Shown piece by piece: positions 1 to 14,741 of a stretch of 64,000 nt of DNA. Source of the stretch: Haliotis cracherodii. Taxonomy: Eukaryota. Location of the stretch: NCBI RefSeq assembly GCF_022045235.1, contig NW_027266297.1:19468001-19532000 (forward strand), in the 5' to 3' direction. A program made the translations under genes and the position numbers. Position 1 is the first letter of the stretch. Each line of letters opens with the position of its first letter. The notes beneath the pieces were generated by a model, which saw nothing but the letters and a program-made list of their open reading frames with translations, searched no databases and had not been told where the DNA came from.

Positions 1-465
1 TTTCCCACTGACTAGCGCGTACATTGGAAGGTAAGGTGTTCTTAACTCTTAACCGGTGGCGATTGTTGAATAGAATGCGTTCTCAGTCACCGTGCTTGAA
101 TGTCAAAGGAAATTAATTAGGGATGTTGCCTCCCAGTTGCGTTGGTGTATCATCGTACCCCGACATTACGGGTTGATGTTCACACTGTCGACAGCTGGGT
201 TGTCGTCTTGACCGAGTTGCGTCCTTTGGGCTCGCCAGAAACCTATGATTGTTGGTTCGAATCCCGGTTCGCCCCGATTATGTTTCAAATCTTTTATTTT
301 ATTACCATTTCAGTCTGACTGAAATCTCTTATGAGATAAATAAGGATTTACAGATTTATGTTTTTCCTATGCATTTTTGTATGCATTTTTTCGGAAGTAA
401 GTTTGTAACTTGATGTAGTCATTTGAGCTTAATAGTAAAATTGCCCACAAAACAATCTTAGAAAA

Positions 466-610
466 GTGAGTGAGTATGGTTTATGCCGCTTTTAGCAACA
501 TCGGGGAACACCAGAAAAGGGCTTCAGGCATTGTACCCATGTGCGAAATCGAACCCGGGCCTTCGGCGTGACGAGCGAACGCTTTAACCGCTAGTCTTCC
601 CCACCGCCCC
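466..610 (-). mobile_element. tRNA-derived SINE family A
   Basis: A/B boxes, (TCAC)n tail, flanking direct repeat gaaaagt. Confidence 0.85.
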
Positions 611-2984
611 GAAAAGTATATGTGGATACGATTCTGAAGAACAAATATCAGTTTGTTATTACCATATAGCATTCCCTTACAATAATCTTCAATAACTTTC
701 TTGTCAAGTCATCGGGTCTGACAATCAATAACAATTACGGTCATTTCCGCATCATATATCCAGGTGGATTGGCCTGGTATCTCAGTGTGGGGTCGCCTGG
801 TTATTGACCACAATAGTCACCTGGCTATGATCGTTCAATGCCAATAAGACACCGTGACTGAATTCAATATAGACATAATAAGTACCTACCTACCCCAAGA
901 GGGCGAGTCGCAGATAGTTCACAGCACTTAATTATTGGTTGACTGTGTGACTGTTTTATATATGGTGTGGGAATTGTTAATCTCTGTATTCATGATTTAT
1001 TCGGTGAGACTATTTTAAGATTTGATTGAAGTCCACGTGTTTCAAAGGTGGGGGGTATAAATTTTCAGTGTTTGCAATAATGCCTTTGTCATAACGTGAC
1101 ACGGTGTTTAACTGATGTCTTTCAACGTTCGTCAAACTTACATTTTGTAGGTGATGACGGTTTGTCTCATGTTGAAGGATAGACCAATTTAGAAGCCGAA
1201 TCATTTTCCTTGAGAATTACTTGGTTGAATAGTTTTCATATCTGACGACATCGTAGTAAAGATCGGGTGGTCACAGTATCTGTGGAGTTCGTAGCATAAT
1301 TTGATCAGTGATCATTTTATCAATTCCAAGACGTGGAACCGACAGTATGGGTGATGCTAACTCTAGCGTCAATGGTGTGTTTAGTCCAGGTTCGATCTCG
1401 GACTACGGGATATGTTGATGTAGCCGAAACAGAACCGTTTACGATGTAAACCCAACCTCTCACTCACGAATCGTGTATTTTTTTCAATTAATTCTTTTGT
1501 TGTACCATGAAAGCCTAGCGCAATCTTAACAAGCAAATCAAACGACTGTGAGGGATCCACTAAGAGGTAAACATAATCTCCTGAGGCTAATGTGGTGACA
1601 CCGACTGTCAAGTAGGTCATCTCCATTCACAGAAGCCTGTCCAAGTGTTATTTTCTCCAATACATTAAGAAGAAGGTGTTGGTCTTCCGATCAACTGATG
1701 CTCGAGACAAACAAAAGAGCCTGGCGTGGTTAGTTTGTATCCCAAGCAGAGTTCACTCTGAGCTAACATTACCGAGAGGGTGGGACTATTTGCGCTCGTC
1801 ATGATTAGACGTGACGATTGGTGGTTCAGCTGTGGACAAGCTAGTTAAGGGGTATTATGCACAGATAGACACCTTTTGTCCGACTTAAACTTCAAGCAAA
1901 CCGTTTGGTATAGTGGAAGACGCTGACCTTGTTTTTCTTTGATGACCTTGTGTCCTCTTCCGGTTTCAGCGACCATTATGGCAGAGGGTATACATATATA
2001 TGAAGAAGGTTCCTTGAGCTATGTCAATCAAAAACGTACTTCGACTTCTTTGATATGAAGTCAAGGACGTGATTCTCCAAGCAGGTTTAGGACAACCTTG
2101 CTATATTTTCGTAATCTTTTCACGCATGTGTGTATACGAAATAGCCTGTTTGTGAAGACAATCACACAGGTCAACAAATCTCGATGTGTGAACATCGTTG
2201 GCAAGGAATCCCGCAACGAATAATTTGCAAATGCTGTCTGTGCCTTATAAATTTGGATGTTCAAATTTGTTTGTCATTGCTTGAAACCAACACCGCCGCT
2301 TGTCTTATAAAAGCATGGAGTTTGCTCAAACTAAATCAACAGATATGACATCACACGCTCTAACTCATTTCCGCCAAAGGTATATGACTTTTGAAATAAA
2401 TTTTATGAGAAGTATTTGTGATACGAATTGTTTTATTAAAATGTAAGACGTCGATGATGAAGATGGTCTTGTGACCAGGAACCATCGGCATGACCTCTTT
2501 GATGTGGGCATTGAAACATTGGCAGCGATCGCAAATAAACTTTCAATTGGTTTCCGATTTTAAAGGTTTGTTGCCAATTTCGGAATACCGTGATAATCGT
2601 GTAATATGTGACTTCCCTCTATGAGAAATGTGCCCTTGTTGGTGCAGTCAGCCGGCGTATAATGCCTTCCACCTTGACACCGACATTGGAAATAAACATC
2701 AAGCCCACTCGAGGTGATAGATTACAGGGGATAAACAGGAAGCGGCAGCTGCAACAGTAACGACACAGTCGGAGTCAGCATGTCGGCTTTGTTGTGATGT
2801 ATGTAGACATTTGCGTTGGTATTCATTGTTTGGTATCATTGTTTTGATTATCCTGACTCCCAAATCTCCAAACAAAAGTTTAAAGTGGGGACTTTTGAGA
2901 AGCAGACATTCTGGATAGGTGTCGCAACAAAAACTGAGCTTGTGTTTGTATAGAGGTATCAGTTGACTAAATTAAGTTTGTGAG

Positions 2985-3216
2985 TTTGTTTGTTTGTTGT
3001 TTAACGCCACACTCAGCAATATTCCAGCTATATGCCGGTGGTCTGTAAATAATAAAGTCTGGGCCTGACAATCCAGTGACTGGCATCACGAGCATCGATC
3101 TACACAAATGGAATACGATGATATGCATCAACCATGTCAGCGAGCCTGGCCACCCGATCCTCGTTACGACAAGCATGGGTTGCTGACGACCAAGTCTAAC
3201 CCGGATCTTCACGGGT
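2985..3216 (-). mobile_element. Short retroposon family C (non-tRNA head)
   Basis: Consensus acccgtgaagatccggggtagaataggtcttcagcaacccatgcttg...atagctggaatattgctgagtgcggcgttaaa(caaa)n. Confidence 0.85.
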
Positions 3217-5941
3217 CCACTTAATGATGAGACATAGAGAAAGCAATGTGTACAATTGCCAATGTAGCCTTGCGAATGTCATGATCAAACCAGAATCTAT
3301 GTATCGTTGAAGTAATGCACGCGATGTTTCGAAAGGAACTTAATTCAGACATAATACTGTATTGCACCAAATCTTATCACTGAAGGACTGAAACATTTGC
3401 TTGGGAAAGTTCAATTTGTAAATCAAATGTTGAGCTTTTGCTCTAGGAGTCGTTATATTGATGACAATCTTCAAACTAAAACCGTTCTTTAGAATAGGTT
3501 GATCTAGATCTCCGAATACTTCTATTCTTAATAAGTTATTCCTTAAACACTCATTTGTAAAATCACAGATCTTAACTCCATGTGCACAGCTAACACGGGT
3601 CATACCGTGTGGGAGATGTGTTTGCAATGAACAATGCATCTTCCTTAATATCTATCCTTACTATGTAGTGTTTCCTCATACAGAAACTCTTTCTAACGCT
3701 CTATGGTTTATAAAGGTGGGCGCCAGCCGGGGACAAGGTCGCGAGAGTCAGTGGCGCGTTACCCCTGACGGTATACATTGTGGTTCACACGCTCTTGTAT
3801 TGAAGGTTAAACTACACCAGCGTGACTGCTGAACATGAAACCATTGCGTTGCCCCGTGGAGGGGCTTGATGTGTATTTAAAGTTATACCACCAAGTGTAC
3901 GCCGTGAGTGAATGTTGTCTTTTGCCACAGTCACCAATATTACATCATTGTTGTGGCAGTTTGTAAAACTAATAATTTAGTTTTGACCAGACAAACCACT
4001 GACTTTAGCATGGGTTAAGGTAGAAGGTCAATAGGCTACTCAAGGCCACCGGTTAATTTAAAGAAGGGGACTAGTGGTTCAAACTGGTGTTATAAATTAA
4101 ATCTACAATACTCTTTGCACAATCATAAGAAATCGCTGCGAAAACAGAATGCACTGTTCGTTACCGACTATATCATAAGCATGTGTTTATGAATCTGTAT
4201 CAGCTAGGGCTGACATAAGGTGGTCGCGAAAAGGTGAACGTTACCTGCCCCATCGAACGGCACATGTCACAAACACATAAATCATGCTGTTTCCGGAGGA
4301 TTATTATCTAACAATAAGCCGTCCGTCGTTCCACAACTTAACACAGAAAGTGATGGGAAGCAAGAATGGTTCTAACATGTCCTTATAGCTGAAGCTGTTA
4401 AAAAAGCAACATTAAGTTCTCTAAATTGATTATGAAACATCTTTTAATGTGTCACAATTTGTAAGGAATCGCTTGTATTTTGGCATTAAAGGAGCAATAA
4501 AATAGCTGGGGTCCTTCTCAAACGTTGACTGTAGTCGTGTTAATATACAGCAGGAAGATATATGAACGTATATGTCTCATTTATCAGTTGATCTAATTAC
4601 CGATACACTGGGTTGAACCCACATAAATGCGCCGCATTAATTGACGATGATTGACTTGTAGTTTCTCCTCTATATTTGCATGTTCAAACCATAGCGATCA
4701 ACGCTGTTTATGTTCACGGTGCAAATTAACAAAATATTTCAAGAAATGCACCACCAAAACCGGTCAGAAAGAGGATGATGAATGGATATAATATATTACA
4801 TACGTGTGTCTCAAATAAGACAACGTATCTGGCTTATAATAAATAATATTACATATCTTAATAACATATATTTTCAATTCGACATACAATATCACATCCA
4901 GTATTAACCGACACAGATTGTATTTGATTTTAATGATCATATTTGTATGTAAAACAGTGTGCATTGAGCTGTGACCATCTCATGGGTAAACAATGAAATA
5001 AACAAACTACCTGTCTCTTTATTCTCTCCAAAACAAACACAGACGGTATATAAATTCATTGATTCGTGGCCTAATGTTTCTGTAAAGAGGTAGGACAGGA
5101 CTATAAATCCTGAAATGAAAGCGACAGTTATGCTTGTGTTGGCTATGGACCAGTGAACGTCAGTCTTGGTTGGGGGAGTTTTAGTTAATCAGGTCGTGTA
5201 CTTAACATACCTTGAAGTTCGTACACTGAAAGGGATGGTACAAGATTTTGTTGACATGTTTTCTTCTGTTTAATTGTTTTTCCTTTGAGTCATAATGTTA
5301 TTTACTTCACTCAAAGATGTTAATGGTTCTTAGAAGGCAGGTTAAGTATCGTCAACTAATAAGGTGACATTTCCTTGTTAATGCCTTATGGTCAAATAAC
5401 GATAAATATGTTTTTTGTGTACTATTGAGTTACTACAGTTAATGGACAGTGACTGCAAGGATGATCATACACACCTGTCCGACAAAACAACTTCACAAAC
5501 GATGTATTGACGGTACTAATGCCTGAAGTCGATCTATATGACAACCCTTTTTCTGGGTACGCTACAAGGCAACATTAAACGGTGTAGCTAATTGACCCCG
5601 AGCCAGCAGTATACCTTGTCTCAGTCCTAAGCGGATCACGGTTGAGAGATTTAATACCTCACTTATTTATCTACGTCTATAGATGCTGTAATACAGTGCA
5701 ATGTTAAGTTGAAGTAGCCTTCAGTCACTCAGGGCTTGGCTTGGGGAGAAAGCTCCTGGCTTGTGCTGACGCTAGGATGGTTATTTGGATGTAATTAGCG
5801 ATAGATAGATGTTGCATAACATTTTACAAATGACTTGGTGGAAACTCTGGTTGTCTTAAGGGTCTTGGGTTGTGGCCTTGTGGTTAAAGCGTTGTCTCGT
5901 CACGCTGAGTTCTGTTCTCCACATGGATTCAAGCCAATTCC

Positions 5942-6120
5942 ACCCGTGAAGATCCGGGGTAGAATAGGTCTTCAGCAACCTATGTTTTCCGTAAGAGGCG
6001 ACGAACGGGATCGGGTGGTCAACCTCACTGACTTGATTGATGCATTTTATCGTATCCCAATTGCGTGGATTGATGTTCATGATACCAGTCACTTGATCGG
6101 CGTAAAACCACACTAACTCA
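5942..6120 (+). mobile_element. Family C, internally deleted, preceded by a family A head fragment (about 5869-5910)
   Basis: Head match. Confidence 0.8.
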
Positions 6121-8012
6121 CTGATTCATAGTATGAGTGATAATGTAAGATAAACATGTTGTCTCACACAATGTATAGGAAACGTCTCGGAAAAAAAACC
6201 TGAATTGTCTTTTCACACGTTAACAAACTGGCATTAGGCATATAGTGACGAAAATGGGCATTGAATGACCATGGAAATATGTATTTGGGATAAAATCCAA
6301 CCTTTATTCTGGCTCAAGTGACAAAGCGGTCTATCGTGTTTGTTGAGGAGGCACGTATTGGGACCCAACTGCTGTTCGAGGTGTCTTTATTGGTGCTATT
6401 TGTGCTTCATGGGAAGCATGGTTAACACGTAGGATTGCAGTTGATGCCTACAGCTGCCCACGCCATGTCTGATAGTTCAACCAGCCATCTCCCATCCCAA
6501 CAATCAAACACGTTACAGGACTTCCTGTCTCTCCAGAAAATAGGAAAAACGTGTATGGGGAGAACAAAAATGTTAGGGTTTCATTCTGTACATGCAAATA
6601 TGATTAATTTTAGAAATTATTATTTTGTGCACCACTTCAGCCAGAGCGTTCAGTAACGGTTAGAATTTATTTTGAATTTGGAGATTCGTTAACGTCATTG
6701 AACCAAGACAGTATTTGAAAGCAATAATAATAAAGGACCGCATTTCAAAACGCAAGGGAATAGGCCTTGCATTTGCGAACATATGCCCAAACAAGTGTAA
6801 GCATATCTTAATAAGGTGTAGTCCTTCACAAATTCCCTACTGTTACTTGTAAACTCGCGAGATACCTCACTTAATCAGGGCAACGGTGAATACCACCATG
6901 TCCCCAACTTGGTAACTGTAGCCGTGACACTAGCGACATTGAACTGGTTGGACTATATATCATTCAAAACACTGTATATTGTCAGTCTTGAGAGGCTAGA
7001 GTCCTTGTACCCTATACTAAGGATTGCGGTACAGTTGGCGCATGCTACTATATCAATGTCACTTGTCCTTATCAATGGCCAGGGAGAGTATAGTCAAGTA
7101 GGTGTACATGTTATTCCCAGACCGTGGGTTTGCCTTTGATGTAGGATGGTTGAATATGTGTCTGGACTAGGATTTTCTCTGTCAGTCAGGGACACGGTTG
7201 TTCGTTTAATTAACTTTCAGTGAACTTGACAAAAACAAGAAAAAACACAGCGTTCATTGGTGCTCGGGAAGCTTGTCTTTGTTCCGCGAGATGCGTGAGG
7301 GTAGCGTGACCTGGAGATGATTACAAGAGACGAATTTTCGTGTGTGTGCCATGAGTCCTGCACGCTCCATTCTCAGGTTCAGGTCATGAGTGCAGAGTTG
7401 CTTACCTTACCTGATAGGATACGATGGTAGTGTGGTCGAATCCCAAATTCGCCCCTGGTTCTCTCAACACCACATGGCATGCCCGTGCTCGTTGGCTGGG
7501 ACCTGCGTCGTTTTGGACTTTCCTCCAACATTAAGCTGACACTCCTTGATATGTTTGAAATTCGTGGAGAGAATATTGTTTCAAGTAGTTTTCAATAACT
7601 ATATATGATTTCAACTCGACCTTGTTAGAGCTGATTCCGGGGTGTCGTAATGTCTGTACTAACATGGCTGACAGAGTGATGAGACATATGCATGTATTCA
7701 CACATCACGGAGGAACGCACGACCACCGTCTGCAATGTCGACAGGACCATTGTCCAGGTGACGCTAGTGGCTGCTCACTCACTCACTCACTCACTCATCC
7801 ATTATACAAATACCACCTTACTTCGCATTCAGCTGTTGTTTAATACGTATACCAACAGGCGACATACTAAATGTGGGTTCGAATCCAGCATTCATCCCAA
7901 TTATGATCCTCTGTATCCCCGATTGTCCAGTGTATCCTACCTCCATTCTTTTCTGATACCTACACTGGACCCATTCGTTTCGAACGTGACTTCTCCAGGT
8001 CCATATATTCTA

Positions 8013-8285
8013 GACCACCTCCGTGGTCTAATAGTAAAGAGTTCACCCGGAGGGCAGAAGGTTCAGGGTTCGATTCCCGGCAACGTCATCCCAAAAGACG
8101 TTAAAAGATGGCAGTTGTTACCCTGCCTGGCGCTCGGCATTGAAAAGGCTAAGGCAAGGACTGGTCGGCTCGGTGTCAGTATACTGTGTCTGAGTGGGGT
8201 ATTCATGTTACACTGCGGCATGTTATCTCAGTGAGCTAGCACTATAAATCGGCGTCAGTTTGGACTAACTTCAAGCAGCCATACT
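8013..8285 (+). mobile_element. tRNA-derived SINE family B (3' end lost)
   Basis: Head gaccgcctccgtggtctagtggtagagcg...ggttcgatccc; core actggtcggctcggagtcagtatactgtgtctgagtgggg. Confidence 0.85.
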
Positions 8286-10850
8286 ATTTATCATACTAGA
8301 AAGGTATAATACACTAGATAATATAGGGTGGCAGTAATTACAACGCACGACAGTTTGACCCCCTTTGACAATTAAAAAACATCTTGAGCCCAAATCACCC
8401 ACTCGCTAACAAACACGTAATATTATTGAGCGTCGTGACAGAGCACATTTCAAATCAAAGAAATAGGTTATGTGGTTATTTATTTAACGAACGTAATGGC
8501 ACTGACACCAATACAGTAGAAACAAAGGCAGCACGATTACCGAAAATCGATATTATTTTATCAACCTGCGTGCCACATAAACCCATTTCGACATTCAAAA
8601 TATACATACAACATTTTCCCACTCAAACCAACGTTTCAACTTTGTGAGAAAGGTCGCGAAAGTCTCTGTCGCCATGATCACAGTTGTCAAATAATTGCAA
8701 CATACCATGCAGGGGCTATAGAGCTGTAGACAAATAGCACTGGTCGGTCACCTTGTCCCGTGACGCGTTGCAGCTCCCCTGAACCTGGAAAATACACGTC
8801 GTGTGAGAAGGGGATGTCAGATCCCTCCACAACATGCGAGATCCGGGTGGGGCTGCCTTCTCCCACAAGCCGGGGATGTCAACGTATTGTAGTCACAGCA
8901 TGATGACTTTATATTGAGTGATAGCCCTGACTGCACTCGACGTGTTTCGTATTATCCACTCACTGTCACTAGTATGACATATGGTCAAGTTGTATTTGGT
9001 TTAAGGTATAATACATCAACTGAAATGTAGTCATAAAAACCCTCATTATTTTTATAAATATACTCAGCTCTTTTAGGCTGTGATCTTACATTCTATAGTG
9101 TTTATATATATGGAATCAGGTATCGGGGAATTATCCCTATCCTAATACAAAGTTCAGTGACATTTTTAATTACGAAATGGTAGGCTAATACATGCTGGGT
9201 CTGGACAAACAATAATACACATGTAGAAGGGCCCAACAGTCATATATTAACCAGCAACGCATCAAACAATATAACGTTACGGCGACGACCAAATGTCTTT
9301 GGCAATACATTTTTACCACGAAGATACCTTGTTGGTGCCAATGACCAACAAGGTATCTTAACTTTGAAATAGAACGTATTCAAAGTTTTGTAGTAATAAG
9401 GATGATAATGATGGTGATGGTGGTGATATGCTCTTATGTCCGAATTTATTTCAACGATATATGTGGGGAAAGAATGCCTTGACTCGTTAATTCGTACATT
9501 GTGACTACTCCCAAGGATATTCACAGAACATTACCGACCAGCATTCCTTTGATCATGACCTTGATTTCGATTTTTCTTTGCGACCAAAAAAACCAGTTCG
9601 ATCGTTTAGAGATGCAGAGAAATCCACCCCTTTCATTATGCAAGACATCAAACATACACATCACGCTTTGCTGCCCTTACCCTTGAAAGGTCGACTTATC
9701 AAACTGTCTTCTTTCGCTTCCACACGTTTCCAGAACCCATGTTGCATATTTATGAGTCCCACAGAAGGAACGTAGATTCGCACCATGTTGACAATTACGT
9801 AATGCCGAATTGTGCAAGGGATGCGTAAGCAAGGTAGGAGGGATATGGTCGCGTCTGGGGGAAAACCTACGTAATTCTATTCAGAAACGTGTTTGAACTG
9901 CAACCGGTATATTTGGTTTGACGTCTGTGAGTGCAGCGGGAACATTCACTCATAACAGGTGCCCGGATGGTTAGTCATTGCTCTGGCCGAGTGAAACGAC
10001 TGTGGTGTTAGTGAGAGTACCAGTTTAATGTGTCGGTCATAGGATTTAATGTGTGTTTCTGGTTGTCGTGGAGTGTGATGGCAATGCTATTGGCTGAGTA
10101 ACGATACGAGGTATGTAAGTATGTGGGCCTGTTTGTGGGAACACTGTGTGTTTTATTGGAAGTCCTGGGTGACATTTTCAGTGTATGTTTTCTTGGGAGT
10201 CGGGGACGCCGAATTAATGATTTCAGTTAATTGTGTGTCTGTGGGGAGAGATATCGGTCAGGGCAGAATGTATGCAGTGATGACGAAAAACAAATGACGT
10301 GACTTCATTGTTGATAGTGTACCATGCATTTGAGTTGGGGTTTCAGAGTTACTCCTTACTCCATGGGGATAAGAAGGGTAGTGGTAGGTAACCGTTTTGT
10401 GTGATTTCTTGATGGGAAATAGTGTCATTTCTGTATTCGGAAGCTATGTCGTTGATGGTTTTATGAAGACGTTACGTTCTTTTTTACGAATATTGTCGAA
10501 ATCGTACACTCGACTCTGCTTTTAGCAGATATTTCTTCTGGCTACCGAAAGAGATTTGTCGTTTCGTCTCGAGTACTGTGTGACTAGTAGTTCCTCCAAA
10601 CCTTCTGGTATAAGCGACTGATTCATATTTCAAAGTTTTTGTCACCTATGTATTTTATGCAGACGTTGGCATAAATTAGCGTTGTTATCTAACGATTGCT
10701 ACATTGTATTGATAACAATGGATAATATTTACGTTGCTTGTGTATGAATTGCTCCGCAATCTATCAGCGTGATAAATGTTTATTTTCTCAAATCATAACA
10801 CTACGAACCTAATGATTTCTATGTATTCATGGTCATATTTCTTCTTCCAG

Positions 10851-13114
10851 GTTGGTTTGAGGTTGTCCCAGACGATGGAAGACCAGTTGAGTATTTTGAC
10901 ACAATCCACGGTATCACCAGCGTAAAGCCTCGGCGATTTCTGGTTCGGACATCAACCGTGGGCTACCAGCTCAGCATTGAAGACGGTGTCAGTTGCTGGA
11001 TGCCCTGTGAAATAAAGTCCGGGGAAGTATTAACGACTGGCATGATCTACATGGATAACAAGAAAACCAAGTCCGTCTCAAAGAACATCTTCAAGAAGCT
11101 ACTCAAATCCAACAAGAACTCCAAAAAGGAGCAGGATATGAAATATCTGCAATGTTATGACAGTGAGGGTAAAGAGATCATGATACCTCTCATTATGTCC
11201 GGAGTATTCAGTCCAGTAGGGGATGCTACCGTTGCTAACTATGATGCTGTGTATGAACTTCAGGACTTGATCATGGCGTTTGGCTTGCCCGTCAACGCCC
11301 AGATCATATACTCCGGAGCCTCCGAGAAGGCTAGGTGTCCAAATGGAACTGTCAAATTTGAGAGCACACGAGAGGAAGAGTACGCCATTGTTACGAAGAT
11401 CCCGTCTGAGGAGGAATCAGAATGTGAACCTACCCAAGTGGAGCTTCCTATGGACGGGGAGGTGACTTTCTTCAGAGAAGCCAAGAAGAGACTTGCTAAG
11501 AAAGACTCCGATCCCAAGCATCCAGTTCCTAGTGAGGAGACCAAGGTAGAAGCGACGTCGAACATTGAACTCCCCAAACGTGCCGATAAAGAAGCCAAAA
11601 AATCCAAGACGTCCGCTCTCCTTGACAAACTCAGTGTCCGAAGGACGAAAAAAGAGCGTGCAAAATTAAAGGCTATGAAAGGAGACGATGTGTTTTCAAG
11701 AAGATTGAGTAAGAACGATGTGAGTTATGAGGAGTTTTTCAATGGACTTAACAGCAATGAAGAAGACAAGGAAAACAGTGAAAGAAACAAGTCTAAGAGT
11801 CCCGAGAGTGAACCAAATAAGAATTCAACATCGAAAGAGGACACCTATGGCAAAATCCATAAGTCTCATATACAGAACCGAGATCTTCCTCCGATCCCGC
11901 CTGATGACAAAGGGCATATAGGGAGTCGCGGTGATCACAATATCTCCAAAGATTCAATCTATGAACATCTTCCCCCGGCTCCTAAGCCACCAAGCCGGTC
12001 CTTCTCCGACCTGACTCGTATGCAGGAGGAAGATGAGGATGACGGCTACATGGTGCCCATGAACTTGAAAGGCGATTTTGATACCGCTTACAGTGAAGGC
12101 ACTGACGCCATTCTCCGAAGAAAGCCCCCTACCGCACCACGTGACTCTATGAAGTATGCGCGCGCACGGAAAGCTAGAAGTGACATCCCCTGTCACGGCG
12201 AGGAAGACTTTCATGACAACTGTCCTTTTGACATTGACGATCTGTTTAGTTTCGCTTATTCCCAAGAGTCCAAAGACAAGCCTTACGGTACCATCAACAG
12301 CCGTTACAACGTCAGCACGTCCCAACTGTATGGGTCGAACAATAAAGGGAAACCGCCTCCGTGGCGAGCACATATACCCCACAGCTACGATCCCCGTTTC
12401 TTTGACGACCAGGACATCGAAACAAGACAGAGGACAGGTACTCCAGCAAAATTCAAATCGAAATCTCAGCGAAATCTCCACATGGACCCCAACGCTACAA
12501 TTCGTAGCCATAACCTTCGTAAGATGAGGAATGTGATGGAGGTGTTTCATTTCAGTGACTCGTTTAGGGATCTCAGGGGTGGGGAACCGCCCCCGTCACC
12601 AGAGGAGTTCCACCGGCGCCATTTCGAGAACCCATACGGCATGACACATGACCCCAGCGCCATCTACTACCCGGGTAGCGGGCATGGACATGGGCATTAC
12701 ATAGAGAACGAGTCGCCTTACAGAAAATACCACCGCTCCGCCTCAGTTTCGGGACTTAGCGATCCTTACCTCAAACAAGGTGATGACTCAGCCATATCGA
12801 TGGGGTCCAGAGGAGACTATGGGTATCCCAATGGCAGTGATTACAGCTATTCCGAGTACGGAGAACCGGAGGATGAGAATTACACCCCCCCGGGTGAGAC
12901 CGAGCATCTCACTGTGAAAGAGGTGTCGAAATGTCTCCGCTATATAGGAATGAAGGACCGTGTGGTGTTGAGATTCTCCAACGAGCAAATTGATGGGGAA
13001 ATGTTGGGGAGACTGGACAAGAAGCTTCTGAAGGAGGGCTTCCCGGAACTCAATGCTCTGGAAATTAAGAAAATATTAGACTTTATTGGCGGATGGAGGC
13101 CTAAGAAAGCGTGA
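10851..13114 (+). CDS. GAREM: GAREM-like adaptor protein (CABIT-type region, Pro/Tyr-rich linker, C-terminal SAM domain); terminal coding exon, upstream exon(s) not securely located
   Basis: Long open frame after acceptor cttcttccag|GT at 10850/10851; stop TGA 13112-13114. The C-terminus HLTVKEVSKCLRYIGM...EQIDGEML...KKILDFIGGWRPK closely resembles the GAREM SAM domain ending in GWRPK. The N-terminal GWFEVV..DG...YF resembles a CABIT domain. PxxP motifs RDLPPIPP and PPAPKPP are present. Family recognised from memory, not by search. Confidence 0.85.
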
Positions 13115-14336
13115 TGAACCTTTCACTTTTCACAACTCACAAATTCTCCATGGTTACCGAGAATGTCATGGGCCGATATGACGTGTAAAATTGCAGTAAA
13201 GGTTTGAACATGAAAGCGCAGTAAAACATAAAATCAGGTAATGTAATTACATGCAAGGCTCATTGGTTCCTTTCTGTTTGGCAATCCCTTTCTTTTCGTG
13301 TACAGAGAAAGGACTCTTATTTCTCGGTGCCCATGTTGTTCAAGTGAGTGAAGGGCCAGGGAGAGAAACATCTGTGTTTGACGTATTTACTGCTAAACAA
13401 ACTTAATAAAAATCTATGTGAACACCGTTTTGGGACATCCCGAGTGCAACAGAAGAACCCATTTGGAGTGTGACAGTGCACGTGGAGTCGACGTCGACTC
13501 GACAACCGCAAACCGTCCACCCCTGCTGTTGTTGTGGACTGCGCAGATTCTGTAGATCCGGGTTCAGTGTCAGGTTGTTAGTTTTCTTAAGTTTGTTTGA
13601 AAGTACTGCGAGGTATTTGTGTTTAAATGTCATTTTCAATAAAAGCACAACGAAGTGAAGCACACGTGTGGATTGACCTTCAACTGACCACTGCCAAGGA
13701 CAATGTAGGACGTGGTCAGTACTGCACGTAATGCGAGTCTCATATCCATATAAGGAACTAGGCATATATAAAGGTACCTTGAAAAGAACATTAGCAATAC
13801 AGTGAGTGCTGTTTGGAAGGCCAACACAGAATGATGCATTTAAGGAAAGGTGTGTTGTCTGGCACAAAGGTATGCGGCATTTACACCATGATGTATGATA
13901 AATGATAGTGTGTTAGAATATTTCCACAAATGATATAGATAAAACAGTTAAATGTACAGTATGTAATTGTTAATTTGGTGTTGAAACTTACAAACTGTTA
14001 TGGAAGAAAATATGTATAGTACACTGTAAAATATTGTTAACCCGAGTAAAGTTTGTATATACTGTATATTGTTAATTTATTGACGCAGGTCGATGATGGA
14101 AGATTTATTCAAAACGGCATTGCACAATACGATTTAGCTGAAATTCATACTTCTATTTAAATACAAATATTTTCTGAATCCTGTTGAATCTCTATTTTTG
14201 TATCTTATGTTTTAAAATTATCGTATTGTTTAGAAAAAAAATGTAATTTTTGCCAACATTTCAAAATCCCTCATGGCCTGTCCAGCAATACACGACCTGT
14301 CTATATGAAACGAGTATTGATATCATGTGCAGTGTT

Positions 14337-14342
14337 AATAAA
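14337..14342 (+). terminator. Candidate polyadenylation signal for the GAREM-like gene
   Basis: AATAAA after an AT-rich 3' UTR-like stretch, followed by GT-rich sequence (gtgatgtttctggttttt). An earlier AATAAA lies near 13638. Confidence 0.4.
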
Positions 14343-14741
14343 CATTGTGTACGTTTAGTGATGTTTCTGGTTTTTAAATATTGAAAGTCACGAGCACAGC
14401 GAACAATACCGTCGGCGCACTTGTACATGACCTGTGGTTAACGTGGGGAAATCACGTCAATGTGTCAGTGTGAATGTTGTTTTACGCCCGGTCAGTAATA
14501 CTCCAGCTATATCATGGGGCCCTGAAAGTTCGAGACTTGGCATGCAATCCAGTGGTTGACAGCATGAGCAACGATCGAGGAATGTGAAACACAATCTGCA
14601 AGGCTCTTCATGGGTAGCAGACCTTTCATTTTCCAGCCACTGGCCCAGGAGTTGCAACAGTTGAAATCACTTAGAATGAAAAAGAAGTGAAAGCAGAATC
14701 TAAAGGACTTGCCTTATTTTACCAGCTCCGACTTCGTGGAC

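Noticed and set aside
1-36. Donor site AAG|gtaagg as the upstream coding exon of the GAREM-like gene
   Set aside because: The required phase-1 frame contains TGA at 9-11; it could be a non-coding exon but cannot be judged at the window edge.
10829-10850. ATG at 10829 as the start of the GAREM-like protein
   Set aside because: It lies in the polypyrimidine tract of a clear acceptor, and similarity begins mid-domain at GWFE.
11260-12988. Antisense and alternate-frame ORFs over the GAREM-like exon (also those at 33330-34139 and 59419-59828)
   Set aside because: Shadow ORFs of real coding exons, with no independent evidence.
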